Of a DNA stretch of 64,000 bases, positions 20,873 through 32,232 are shown one piece after another. The DNA is taken from positions 96,001-160,000 of the forward strand of contig CAWIEK010000011.1 of the NCBI GenBank assembly GCA_963835065.1, given 5' to 3'. The position numbers were made by a program, and so were the translations under genes. The stretch's first letter is position 1; each line of letters opens with the position of its first letter. Under the pieces are notes generated by a model. That model had not been told where the DNA came from and searched no databases. It worked only from the letters and a program-made list of their open reading frames with translations. This stretch comes from an uncultured Chthonomonadaceae bacterium. Its GTDB lineage: Bacteria > Armatimonadota > Chthonomonadetes > Chthonomonadales > Chthonomonadaceae.

Positions 20873-21646
20873 TTAAGAAGGTGTCTTGTGGCGTGTTTCT
20901 TCCGAACTCAGGTTGCGGAAGCGGGGCCAGCGTTTCAGGTGTAAAAACGTCAGTCGGGCAAAGAATATCTTGATGAGGATGTTCTTCGTTTTGTACCACA
21001 GCGTGGCGTAATTGCGGGCAGGAAGGGGTGGCGTCTGCAGCGCGAAATCGAGCGGCGGAAAGTACGCATAGATGTTGACCGCGCCCAGCGCCTCGTACTC
21101 CTCCACGCCCGCATAATCGCATGGGGCTGCTTCCATCCCGGCCAGATTCCGCGCGGATTCGGTCAGCAGCAGGTATTGTTTCGCTTCGAGAGAGTTTTTC
21201 AGCAGACGGTGGATTAAAATCACGTCCGTTCCCGCCAGTTCGGTAAAGCGGTCAATGCGGTGCATCAGGGCGGTTCCGACGTGCAGCAGGATTTTCAGGC
21301 GCAGACATTCCGTATGGCGGCAGGCTTCGCACTGACAGATGTTGGATTGCGACAGTTCCCGCAGTTTGCCATCGAACGCGCGGAAAAAACTGTCCATCTT
21401 CGCCAGCACGTCGCGCATCTGCAAAGCCGCCGAAGCGGGGTCGAGTTCGCAGTACAGAAACACGGCGTCGCCTTCCAGCTTGGCGACCACGAGCGGCATT
21501 TTGGCTTCGCGCAGCACGGTTTGTATCAACTGCGTGATGATGATTTGCCCGTGCGCCAGCGCCTCTTTATGCGACACCATGAACTGCGTATACCCGCTGA
21601 TGTCGCACATAGCCAGCAGCACGGATTTTGCCTCGTTCGCCACCAC
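20873..21646 (-). CDS. DUF2652 class III nucleotidyl-cyclase-like protein
   Basis: DISGYT, KLEGDAV, CQCEAC, LAGTDVILIHRLLKN. Confidence 0.85.
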   Translation of the reverse strand: MVANEAKSVLLAMCDISGYTQFMVSHKEALAHGQIIITQLIQTVLREAKMPLVVAKLEGDAVFLYCELDPASAALQMRDVLAKMDSFFRAFDGKLRELSQSNICQCEACRHTECLRLKILLHVGTALMHRIDRFTELAGTDVILIHRLLKNSLEAKQYLLLTESARNLAGMEAAPCDYAGVEEYEALGAVNIYAYFPPLDFALQTPPLPARNYATLWYKTKNILIKIFFARLTFLHLKRWPRFRNLSSEETRHKTPS

Positions 21647-22001
21647 ATTCTCCCGTCTACAGTTGCCGCAAAGATTTTCTTCTTACTTTTCATTGTTCAA
21701 AGTTGGTCGTTGCTAAATTGTTCATGGCTGCGCGACTTTCCTGTTTAAGCGTCCTGTGCAGACGACTTTCCGTGCCAATAATCTGTTTTGCGCCGTTTTC
21801 TGTGGCTGTGAAGTCGCTTTTCACGTTCTGCGCGCAGCCTGGCGTACATTCGGGCACAAGTTGGCATGTTGGCTCGTCTGGAAGGTACGGCGTGTCCCAT
21901 GCGCCGGTTCGTGACGTTCTGCTCGCGCGGTCAGGGGAGGCCATTCCTGTGGGAACTCGCCGGAACCCGCCGCAGGGCAGAAATCGGAAGAGAGGCTGAC
22001 A

Positions 22002-22184
22002 ATGCAGATACGCAAACGTCTGAAACAAGCAATGCCTGTGGATACCACTCGTTTAACGGACGCTTACCGTCAGGTAGTTTCCAGTCTACGCGAAGCGCGG
22101 AGCGTACAACCCGCGCAGGAGAAAGAACGCCAGATGCAGCGTTTGATGCGCTATATGTGTCCTGCCGATCCAATGAAACCGTAA
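22002..22184 (+). CDS. Small hypothetical protein (60 aa)
   Basis: GAGAGG RBS-like sequence ~6 nt upstream; no recognisable motif. Confidence 0.35.
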   Translation: MQIRKRLKQAMPVDTTRLTDAYRQVVSSLREARSVQPAQEKERQMQRLMRYMCPADPMKP

Positions 22185-22536
22185 ACTCTCGAAAACATAG
22201 CGCGACAGTTCGATATACCGGGCGGTACACAATCCTTTGGATTGTGTACCGCCTACTTTATTTCAGGGCTTCTTAACACAATATACGTTACCCTGAGCGC
22301 GTCGTGAACGCCCCGTCTAAAAGCTTATCCCAATTGGCCGGATATTGAAAATACCCGGCAGGAAAGTGCAAGCGTCCTACGGACGCAAGGACAAGCCCTA
22401 TCGGGAGAGGCTCTAAAGGGCGTTCCGCCAGCCGGTCTGTGAACGGAACACTTCTTTGCTTGGAAAGCCCATATCACCTTCTTTCCTGCCTTATTTTCTC
22501 TCCCGCTTATTTCAACTCAGAATTTTTTCAGGTTAC

Positions 22537-22596
22537 TTGACAAGTTGACGAACAATGTTGTATCCTTTTTTAGCACTCGCATGGTTAGAGCGCTAA
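22537..22596 (+). promoter_or_regulatory. Sigma70-like promoter and CIRCE (HrcA operator)
   Basis: TTGACA 22537, TATCCT 22561; TTAGCACTC-N9-GAGCGCTAA at 22570-22596 (1 mismatch to the CIRCE consensus). Confidence 0.9.
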
Positions 22597-22645
22597 TTTC
22601 AGCGCAAAGCACACTTTACGAGTTATTCTGACAGGAGGAACGCGA

Positions 22646-22928
22646 ATGGCATTGCGACCGCTGCGCGACAAAGTTGTTGTCAAGCCCAGTGACGCGGACG
22701 AAAAGAGCACGGGCGGCATTTTCCTGCCCGATGCGGCGAAGAAGAAACCGCAAGAGGGCACGGTAATTGCTGTCGGTTCAGGACGCCTGCTCGACGACGG
22801 CACGGTGAAAGCGCTTTCCGTCGCCGTTGGCGACAAAGTGGTGTATTCCAAGTACGGCGGCACGGACGTCAAGATGGACGGTTCCGACTACGTGCTTTTG
22901 GACGAAGATCAGATTTTTGCGATTCTTG

Positions 22929-22933
<5 letters not shown>
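22646..22933 (+). CDS. groES: Co-chaperonin GroES
   Basis: LRPLRDKVVVK, GGIFLPD, YSKYGGT. Confidence 0.98.
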
Positions 22934-24701
<1,768 letters not shown>

Positions 24702-24768
24702 GCGCAAAGGATGAAGGCGGAAGGAGGAAGGATGAAAATCAATTCCTTCTTCCGCTTCCTGTCCCAAA

Positions 24769-24806
24769 AAAACGCCCCGCTTTCCTTATATGGAAGGCGG
24801 GGCGTT
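24769..24806. terminator. Stem-loop terminator downstream of groEL
   Basis: AACGCCCCGCTTTCC ... GGAAGGCGGGGCGTT. Confidence 0.7.
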
Positions 24807-24896
24807 GTGCTTGACGCGCCATAGAAAATTCGTTGCAATGAAACAGGAGCGATGAAAATTTGTCTTGTTTGATGCGGTTGCGGAGGCTGTTGAGCG

Positions 24897-25232
24897 ATGG
24901 ATAAAATAAATGAGTATGTGCAGATCGTGAAGCGCGTGATACAGGATGTGGCGGACTATGTGCCCGAAGAAGAAGGCGTTCGCAAGGAAGTTATCTTTGA
25001 TGACGCTTCCGGGCATTACCAACTGCTGCAAACCGGCTGGAAGAACCGCCGCCGGGTTCACGGCACACTGGTTCACATTGACGTGCGCGATGACAAAGTA
25101 TGGGTAGAACACGACGGCACGAACTTAGAGATAGTGCAGGATTTACTGGACGCGGGCATTCCGCAAGAACAAATCGTGCTTGGCTTTCACGCCCCCGAAC
25201 TGCGGCAGTTTACCGAGTTCGCTCCCGCTTGA
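24897..25232 (+). CDS. xisI: XisI-family protein
   Basis: IFDDASGHYQLLQTGW...HIDVRDDKVWVEHDGT...GIPQEQIVLGFH. Confidence 0.9.
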   Translation: MDKINEYVQIVKRVIQDVADYVPEEEGVRKEVIFDDASGHYQLLQTGWKNRRRVHGTLVHIDVRDDKVWVEHDGTNLEIVQDLLDAGIPQEQIVLGFHAPELRQFTEFAPA

Positions 25233-25466
25233 ACGCGCCTGGGGTCAGGCTTTGAAACCGAACAGGAACTCTGTTGCCCGCAGCCGCTTCCGTTAGCCGG
25301 TAAGGCAAAAACAGCGTATTGTACCGCGTTTTCAACACAGTGAGCAGGAGAAAAGTTGCGCGGCGTGGAAACAATCCGCACAAGCAAGCGCGAACTAATC
25401 CTGACGCTCACTTGTTTCTTGAACCGGGCGTCCGTTGATTTTGTCTGTAAAGGTTAGCCGCATCCT

Positions 25467-26846
25467 ATGAGCCACGATTCTGAGCGTTTTCCATCCGAAC
25501 TTGCCCACATTTTGTTCATGGACATTGTAGGCTATTCCCTGCTGCTCATAAACGACCAGAGGCGTGTGGTCGCCATGCTGCAAAGCCTTGTGCGCAATGC
25601 CCCGGAGTTCCAGCACGCGCAAGCAGCGGGCAGAGTAATCTCCTCAGATACAGGAGATGGATTGGCGCTGGTGTTCTTCGGCGACCCGACCTCACCGGTG
25701 TATTGCGCGGTGGAGATCGCCCGCGCGTTGCGTGAAAAGCCTGAACTACAGTTGCGCATGGGCATCAACAGCGGTCTGGTGTCGCGCACAACCGACTTTA
25801 ACGGCCATGATAAAGTCACCGGCAGTGGTATCAATATGGCGCAGCGGGTGATGGATTGTGGAAACGCGGGGCATATCTTGCTGTCGCACGATTGCGCAAA
25901 AATCATGCGTCAATTCAGCGAGTGGGCCAACGCGCTTCACGACCTGGGCGAGTATCAAATCAAACATGACCTCACCCTGCGCCTGTACAATCTGTGCATG
26001 GAGCAGGTTGGCAATCCCGCCCCGTCGCAAGCCACACCAAAAAGCGCGCCCCCTGCAAACGCGCCAAAGAACGGCAATCCGCCCGGGACAGGCGGTGCAG
26101 CGAAGCAAAATGCCGGTATGGAAAGCGGCACAGAAAGCAAGACAAAAACCAACTCGGCGGATGGCGCGGAAATGGCGTGGATACCAGCGGGAACCTTCCA
26201 GATGGGCGGGAACGGTGAATACGACGGCAAGCCGGTTCATTCGGTGACATTGTCAGGTTTCTGGATGTACAAAACGCCGGTGACAGTGGCGCAGTTCCGC
26301 ACGTACGATGCAGCGAACGGAAGCAAGTACGACTGGACGAAGAACAAACCGGATTGGGGTTGGCTGGACGAGCATCCGATGGTAAATGTCTCCTGGACAG
26401 AGGCCTCGGCGTATGCGCAGTGGGCGGGCGTCGTGCTGCCGACAGAGGCGCAATGGGAATATGCGGCGCGGGGCGGTTTTGCGGGGAAGAACTATCCCTG
26501 GGGCGATGATTGGGACGGGAGCAAATGCGCCAATTCCGTCAAGCCGAATGACTTGAAGGGCACAAAAGCAGTCAAGAGTTACGCAGAGAATGGCTGGGGC
26601 CTGTATGATATGGCGGGCAACGTGTGGCAGTGGTGCGCGGACTGGTACGACAAAGCCTACTACCAGACAGCGGCGGCCAGCCAGACCGACCCAAGAGGGG
26701 CGAGTTCGGGCACATTCCGCGTCCTGCGGGGCGGTTCTTGGGGCGGCGATTCCGAGACCTACTTCCGCTGCGCGGACCGCGACTACTACATTCCCGACGA
26801 CTGGAACGGCATTATCGGGTTTCGTTGCTGTTCTCCAGGACTGTAA
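25467..26846 (+). CDS. Adenylate/guanylate-cyclase-like domain fused to FGE-sulfatase (CLec-fold) domain; probable DGR target
   Basis: N-term MDIVGYS, TGDG, GINMAQRVMD; C-term LPTEAQWEYAARGG, GLYDMAGNVWQWC, RVLRGGSW...GFRC. Confidence 0.88.
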   Translation: MSHDSERFPSELAHILFMDIVGYSLLLINDQRRVVAMLQSLVRNAPEFQHAQAAGRVISSDTGDGLALVFFGDPTSPVYCAVEIARALREKPELQLRMGINSGLVSRTTDFNGHDKVTGSGINMAQRVMDCGNAGHILLSHDCAKIMRQFSEWANALHDLGEYQIKHDLTLRLYNLCMEQVGNPAPSQATPKSAPPANAPKNGNPPGTGGAAKQNAGMESGTESKTKTNSADGAEMAWIPAGTFQMGGNGEYDGKPVHSVTLSGFWMYKTPVTVAQFRTYDAANGSKYDWTKNKPDWGWLDEHPMVNVSWTEASAYAQWAGVVLPTEAQWEYAARGGFAGKNYPWGDDWDGSKCANSVKPNDLKGTKAVKSYAENGWGLYDMAGNVWQWCADWYDKAYYQTAAASQTDPRGASSGTFRVLRGGSWGGDSETYFRCADRDYYIPDDWNGIIGFRCCSPGL

Positions 26847-26886
26847 TGCTAACCATTTAACCTTTTACTCTTTTACTCTTTATTCT

Positions 26887-26911
26887 TTCAAGCCGGCAAA
26901 GCCGACTTGAA
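26887..26911. other. Hairpin downstream of the putative variable region (DGR cruciform-like)
   Basis: TTCAAGCCGGC-AAA-GCCGACTTGAA, 10 of 11 bp paired. Confidence 0.6.
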
Positions 26912-26997
26912 GAATCGAATTTTGAAAATTTGACGTTGTTTCAGAGTAAAGCCGAATTTTCTTTTCGCGCCGCTATGGGAAGGCAGGAATCAACGCT

Positions 26998-27123
26998 GTG
27001 GCTGGCGAAGTAAGCGCTGTTACGAAAACGTATGAGTTTTTGCTCTGGCTCCTCCCGCAAATCGCCCGCTTTCCCCGCGATCATCGCTTCACGTTGCAAC
27101 GGCGGCGTATTCGGCGGTTGTAA
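26998..27123 (+). pseudogene. avd: Truncated DGR accessory protein Avd (N-terminal ~33 aa)
   Basis: GTG start after AGGCAGGA; reads MAGEVSAVTKTYEFLLWLLPQIARFPRDHRFTL then QRRRIRRL*; matches the remembered Avd/four-helix-bundle pattern K.Y....W......FP+..+F.LG. Confidence 0.75.
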
Positions 27124-27168
27124 CCCTCGTTCCCGGATGCTCTCGCTCTTGCCGGACTTCGATACTGT

Positions 27169-27399
27169 TTAGGTTGCGCTTGCAGCGAGTTCGCAAGCAG
27201 TCTTTGGTAACAGTTCAACATCCGAGGCGTAAACGATGCTATGATCTTCGTGCCACTCTGTTACAACCGTGATTTTGATCTCATCACCGTTGTTCGCTTC
27301 GTGGCAGAGACGCTGAAACAAAGTTTCGTCCGGCACGTTCACCTTCTGCGTGAACAATCGGTTTCCACCTTTGTAGCGTGTTTTCTTCTCATACAGCAA
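27169..27399 (-). CDS. Small hypothetical protein
   Basis: Open frame continuing the minus-strand gene run; start unclear. Confidence 0.4.
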   Translation of the reverse strand: MLYEKKTRYKGGNRLFTQKVNVPDETLFQRLCHEANNGDEIKITVVTEWHEDHSIVYASDVELLPKTACELAASAT

Positions 27400-27503
27400 T
27401 GCAGGCAGATTGCCGGGTAACAGACCAAGAAGCGCTGCCTGTATCGTTGCTTTCGTCGTTTCCGTCAGTCCAAAATACTGTATTCCTGTTATTTTGTCTT
27501 CCC

Positions 27504-27988
27504 TTAATAGACACCAACGAGTTTAAAAAACAGCGTATCCGCTTCGCCGCATCTATTTTCGGCGCAAAGCAAGGCCGCATAAGCCTCTCGCGCTTGCATG
27601 GTCAGGGCATGTTGTAAGCCGAACGTTTGTTCTCGCAGGGTCAGGGCGCGGGCATACAGCGGTTCCGCCGCCGGATTGCCGCTTGCCTGATACTGCTTTG
27701 CAAGGCTGTAGAGAATTTGCGCCAGCATGGGATCGTTGGCGGGCAGGGCGCGTTCCGCAATGGCAAGCAGGCGCAGATACAATTCCGTCACATTGCCGTA
27801 CTCGGCAGCTCCAAGCCGCGCGAACAATCTCCGGCGCATAGCCTGAACCCGTCAAGCGGTCGAATATATCCGTCATTCGTCACATGGTCCAACTCTTCCT
27901 GGCTTACACCTGCATCAAGCCACTCCTGATCCATCATTTCTTTTGCGCGTTGATATACCTGATCGGAACGGAGTTCTGTGGTTGTCAT
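27504..27988 (-). pseudogene. TPR-containing protein, frameshifted paralog of 28016-28552
   Basis: Three consecutive frames (27988, 27876, 27839 ORFs) align piecewise with the neighbour: WL.AGVSQEELD, DI.DRL.GSGY, DPMLA. Confidence 0.7.
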
Positions 27989-28015
27989 AGTAATGGTTCC
28001 TTTTTGTCATCCCTG

Positions 28016-28552
28016 TCATACGGGCTGTAAAGCGCGGGTTTTCAGAAGCGCATTTGCTTCGCTGCTGCGGCCTTCCGCGTGGAACTTTTCGATTTGATGG
28101 TCATAAGACTGGTATAGCCGGTTCCGAGCCTCAATAGTGCGGGGATGTTCCAGGCCAAGTGTTTGGCTCCAGAGTTTTAGAACGCGCGTAAAGAGCGGAA
28201 TGGCGGATTGGTAGGCTTGATTGGCGTCGTATCCTATCGCCAGCCGATACCAGATCAGTGCCAGCATGGGATCGTCCGGCGCGAAGGCGCTTTCCGCAAT
28301 CGGCCACAGGGCATGGTAGAACGGCATTTTGTCCGATGTGGCAGGGTACTCGGTTTCCCACACGGCGCGTATGCCTTCTTCGGGGTAGCCGGAACCCATC
28401 AGTCGGTCGAGAATATCCGCGAGTTCATCCCCCTCGTCAAGTTCTTCCTGACTCACGCCTGCTTCCAGCCAGCTTGTATTGATGATTTCTCTTGCGCGTC
28501 GGTAAGCGTCTTCGCTGCGGTTCAATTGGACTTGCTGCACTGCCATAATCAC
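28016..28552 (-). CDS. TPR-containing protein
   Basis: AIPLFTRVLKLWSQTLGLEHPRT (kinesin-light-chain-type TPR). Confidence 0.75.
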   Translation of the reverse strand: MIMAVQQVQLNRSEDAYRRAREIINTSWLEAGVSQEELDEGDELADILDRLMGSGYPEEGIRAVWETEYPATSDKMPFYHALWPIAESAFAPDDPMLALIWYRLAIGYDANQAYQSAIPLFTRVLKLWSQTLGLEHPRTIEARNRLYQSYDHQIEKFHAEGRSSEANALLKTRALQPV

Positions 28553-28585
28553 TCTTCTCTTTTCGACATAACAACATCAGCGCGG

Positions 28586-29164
28586 CTAAGGAACGGCATG
28601 AACGCTTTGCAGCAGTTGCCGCGCTTCTGCCTGGTACAATTTGAGTTGCTTTGCGCCGTAAGGCAAACCGCTGAAGCCTAATCTGCGGTAAAAACCTTCC
28701 GCCTCGCGCCGCGTTTCCACGAGAACGCGCCCCTGCGCTCCTTGCCGATAGCTTTCTACAACCAGGCGAGCGACAAGTACGCGCCCAACTCCCCGATAGC
28801 GCGGCGTTCCGATATCATGCCGATTGTGGGGCGCAGTTTCCAGAAGACTTTTCCGCAAGAAATTACCTGCAAAGGTTGCATTTCCTAACCGAACAAGACC
28901 TTGTATGGCTGTGTCTACTTGATTCGCGCACACCAGTTTCAAGGCTTGCCCCTCGGCGGCATGAACCGGCCAAACATCCCTAAATACAGCCTCGTTCCAG
29001 TTTTCTCCGTGTAGTTCGGCAATATCACTTGCACCCAAAATTGCAAACTGAACAGAAATTTTGTCACCCGTTGCTGCTTCTGTAACGAAGTAAGGCAACA
29101 TGTTCGGATCGGCGGTGAGCAAAACATCAAGTTCCAGGTCGGCATCCATATTGTAGTGTAGCAA
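28586..29164 (-). CDS. GNAT-fold acetyltransferase
   Basis: LETAPHNR, YRGVGRVL, AEGFYRRLGF. Confidence 0.75.
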   Translation of the reverse strand: MLHYNMDADLELDVLLTADPNMLPYFVTEAATGDKISVQFAILGASDIAELHGENWNEAVFRDVWPVHAAEGQALKLVCANQVDTAIQGLVRLGNATFAGNFLRKSLLETAPHNRHDIGTPRYRGVGRVLVARLVVESYRQGAQGRVLVETRREAEGFYRRLGFSGLPYGAKQLKLYQAEARQLLQSVHAVP

Positions 29165-29219
29165 GTTCCGTCGCTTTCGTCAAGAGGCTTAACACCGCAA
29201 GAAACATATTATGGATGCC

Positions 29220-30305
29220 CTAATCCCTGAAAGCGTTTGTTGCCGCCCGCAAATGATCGAGCAGGATTTGCATTGCGGAGGGCAGGGGAACCTGAAAGTC
29301 GAGGCGGACGCCGGTACGCGGCTGGCTGAAACTCAGGGCGTAAGCGTGAAGCGCCTGCCCGCCTAAATTGGCAATATCGGCTTCGAGTTGGGCGCGAACG
29401 CTTGAGGGAAATACGTCTGCCCCCAATTTGCGTAAGCCGCCGTACAAAGGGTCGCCTACGATGGGATGGTGGATGTACGCGCAATGGACGCGAATCTGGT
29501 GGGTGCGGCCCGTGCGCAGCGTGGCTTCCAGAAACGCAAACGCGGTGGCGAAGGTTTCCAGACGCTGAAGTTCTGTTTGCGCGGTTCGGGCTGTGTGGCG
29601 GGCATCCGTCAGCACAGCCATTTTTTTGCGGTCGGAAGGGTGACGCCCGATGGGAGCGTCTATCGTCGCCCGCTCAAACGCGGGAACGCCCCACACAAGC
29701 GCCTGATAGCGGCGCTTCGCCGTCCGCGCCTGTATCTGCGCTTGCAGGTCGCGGTGCGCAAGGTCGTTTTTCGCCACCATGATCAGCCCGCCCGTATCTT
29801 TGTCCAGGCGATGCACAATGCCCGGACGCTGCTCCCCACCAATCCCCGACAAGTCCGTCGCATAGCCGAGTACGGCGTTTACAAGCGTTCCCTGCGTCGC
29901 GCCGGGAGCCGGATGCACCACCATTCCCCGCGCCTTGTTGATCACCAGCACATCGGAATCTTCATAAACGATTTCCAGCGGGATGGACTCCGCCTCGATG
30001 CGCGCGGTTTTCGGCTGCGGCTGCTCAATAGTAATTACATCCCCGACGCGCAGGCGGTAATTGGATTTTTCCGGCTTGCCGTTGACCCGAACGCCCTCCG
30101 CCTCCGTTCCTGCCATTTCGATAAGCCGCTGCGCTTCCGCCCGCGAAGCGGAACCAAGCGCGGCAGTCACAAAAACATCCAATCGCTGTCCTGTATTCTG
30201 TGGAGAGACATGATGCGTAACAACGGCTTTGCTGCTTATCAGAGCAGGCGAGGCTTCCACTTCACTAAGCTCCTCGTCTTCATCGTAGGTATCGCGCATC
30301 TGCAT
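29220..30305 (-). CDS. rluD: RluA/RluD pseudouridine synthase
   Basis: S4 domain RLDVF; RPGIVHRLDKDT; TGRTHQIRVH; GDPLYG. Confidence 0.93.
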   Translation of the reverse strand: MQMRDTYDEDEELSEVEASPALISSKAVVTHHVSPQNTGQRLDVFVTAALGSASRAEAQRLIEMAGTEAEGVRVNGKPEKSNYRLRVGDVITIEQPQPKTARIEAESIPLEIVYEDSDVLVINKARGMVVHPAPGATQGTLVNAVLGYATDLSGIGGEQRPGIVHRLDKDTGGLIMVAKNDLAHRDLQAQIQARTAKRRYQALVWGVPAFERATIDAPIGRHPSDRKKMAVLTDARHTARTAQTELQRLETFATAFAFLEATLRTGRTHQIRVHCAYIHHPIVGDPLYGGLRKLGADVFPSSVRAQLEADIANLGGQALHAYALSFSQPRTGVRLDFQVPLPSAMQILLDHLRAATNAFRD

Positions 30306-30503
30306 TGAGTATTCCTGTTGGCTGGCGTAGACTAAGCAAGCATGTTCGGCGTCAGAAATCATAAGAGCGACTGGTGAATGTTATCGTTGAAACCCGGTGA
30401 ATATAAGCCGAAAGAATGATTGTATGGGCGAATAATGTTTTCTGGAGCAATTTTAACATTCTGATGCAACTTTTTGACAGCCCAACCGTCTGAATACCTG
30501 TAA

Positions 30504-31367
30504 GTGTATGCAAAGGACGCGGAAGTCCAAACGCCATTTGTCTTTGACAGTATTGCGTCTTGTTCCGCGTCCTTGTTGCGTCTGCCGCCGAAAACATATT
30601 CACGACAAGATACGAACGGCCTGCTGTTCTATTCCAACATTCCTCAAGCGGGGAAGGTTCACGCCAACCAGGGAGATACATCATTGACCGCCATTGCAAA
30701 CCATATACAAACGAGCCGCCGCCTGAAAAAAAGCACGGCCTACCTCGCGGCGTTCGCCTGTACCGGGCTTGTCGGGTGGAGCGGCTATCAGAAGTTCCAC
30801 AACCCGGAACATCCGCAGGGAACCCGCTATTCGCGGACGCAAATCGCAAGCCGCGCCACAGAAATTGGGCTTGCGCTGAACGGTTCAATCCAAGTTCTGT
30901 GCGAACCCGTACTGCACCAGGAACAGCAATTTTCCGGCGAAACGAGGTTCGCTAACCGCAAGCTGTGGATCGTGCTGTGTGAAAGCGGTAATCGGCAGAT
31001 GAATCTTACTTTCGATGATGCCACCGGGCGGCTGCTGTGCCTGATTATGGATGCCAGGCCGATGAACGCGAAAGCATTGGACACGAAAGCGCAAATCGCG
31101 CAAAAACGGCGAATCGGGCTGCGCGTCACGTCGGAACGGGAAGCGGTTCAGATAGCGGCGGCGCGTCTGCGCGTCCTGCAAACGCTGCCCCCCACCGCGC
31201 AAATCGCCCTGAGCGACGAACCCCGCGAGGATTTAAAACAAAACCTGTGGCGAATCTCGTGGCTGGCCCGCAACACGCCGACCTCCAAACCCTACGCCAT
31301 TAAAATGGCGGTGGAGCGCACATCGGGTCTGCCAACCTATATGATGAATCTGGAGAAGAAAGGGTAG
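30504..31367 (+). CDS. Hypothetical membrane-anchored protein
   Basis: Long ORF with one hydrophobic segment; true start probably downstream. Confidence 0.5.
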   Translation: MYAKDAEVQTPFVFDSIASCSASLLRLPPKTYSRQDTNGLLFYSNIPQAGKVHANQGDTSLTAIANHIQTSRRLKKSTAYLAAFACTGLVGWSGYQKFHNPEHPQGTRYSRTQIASRATEIGLALNGSIQVLCEPVLHQEQQFSGETRFANRKLWIVLCESGNRQMNLTFDDATGRLLCLIMDARPMNAKALDTKAQIAQKRRIGLRVTSEREAVQIAAARLRVLQTLPPTAQIALSDEPREDLKQNLWRISWLARNTPTSKPYAIKMAVERTSGLPTYMMNLEKKG

Positions 31368-31378
31368 GGGAGGATGGT

Positions 31379-31491
31379 AGGTATTCAGGTGTTCGGTGTT
31401 CAGGTGTTCAGGAGATACAAAAGTACCGAAGTCTACTGTAGCGTGACAAGGTTATCAGCCAAATTCCTGAACACCGAACACCTGAATACCT
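31379..31491. repeat. (GGTGTTC)n-spacer-(GAACACC)n hairpin
   Basis: ggtattcaggtgttcggtgttcagg ... cctgaacaccgaacacctgaatacc. Confidence 0.85.
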
Positions 31492-31508
31492 GATTGTTGG
31501 GAAGGAAA

Positions 31509-31595
31509 CGGAGAGGGTGGGATTCGAACCCACGGAGACATTACTGCCTCACGGCTTTTCGAGAGCCGCACCATCGACCACTCGGACACCTCTCC
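31509..31595 (-). tRNA. tRNA-Ser(CGA)
   Basis: Reverse complement GGAGAGG...CGGCT-CTCGAAA-AGCCG, long variable arm, GGTTCGAATCC. Confidence 0.95.
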
Positions 31596-31650
31596 GCAGA
31601 GGAACGCGCGAAAGACACAGCAACTTGACATTTAAGCCACGCCTGAAGTT

Positions 31651-32187
31651 TCAATCCACAACGGCGGCATGGGCGGGAACTTCAATCATACCGGCGTGGA
31701 TTTCGCGGTGACACCGACAGCAAACCAGAAGGCACTTGTCTAATTCGATCTTGATACGCTCAAAAGAACGGCTTTTCATGCCCGATATATGTAGTTCCTT
31801 CAAGTCCGATTCAAGATGATGAAACTCTAAAGCCTGCATACATCGATTGTAGCCACAAACCAGACAACTGCCGCCTTTATACTCTACGCACTGGCGTTTA
31901 ATATTCTTCTGACGCTCATGCGTGAGTTTGTTGAAGCAGTTCTTGCACCAGGGTTGAAAAGTAAAACTTGTCGGCTTTTTATAGCAGTTCGCTTCCGTGA
32001 GTTCAGTGCTGCACCGGGTACAATGCGTCGTAATCGGTAACCGACGCCCTGTGATCAAGTTTTTAGTGTTGTGACTGCCGAATGGTGAACATGCAAGACA
32101 ATAATGACGGTTAGAGAGGTTACGCGGTTTGTTGTCAATTACAGCCCAACAAGCAAAATAGGCTTGGCATTTTTTACAGGTGGGCAA
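31651..32187 (-). CDS. Cys-rich HNH-type endonuclease
   Basis: KGGSCLVCGYNRC..ALEFHH...KCLLVCCRCHREIH; start moved to the TTG at 32187 to avoid the tRNA. Confidence 0.8.
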   Translation of the reverse strand: MPTCKKCQAYFACWAVIDNKPRNLSNRHYCLACSPFGSHNTKNLITGRRLPITTHCTRCSTELTEANCYKKPTSFTFQPWCKNCFNKLTHERQKNIKRQCVEYKGGSCLVCGYNRCMQALEFHHLESDLKELHISGMKSRSFERIKIELDKCLLVCCRCHREIHAGMIEVPAHAAVVD

Positions 32188-32232
32188 GGTCGGCTGCCTT
32201 AAGAATACACTTGCAATGTCTGAACAAGAAAA

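Noticed and set aside
27097..27123. QRRRIRRL tail as the fused 3' end of a deleted DGR RT
   Set aside because: Too short to support; only a vague resemblance
26851..27200. Complete active DGR within the window
   Set aside because: No reverse transcriptase ORF and no second copy of the variable region (template repeat) was found by eye
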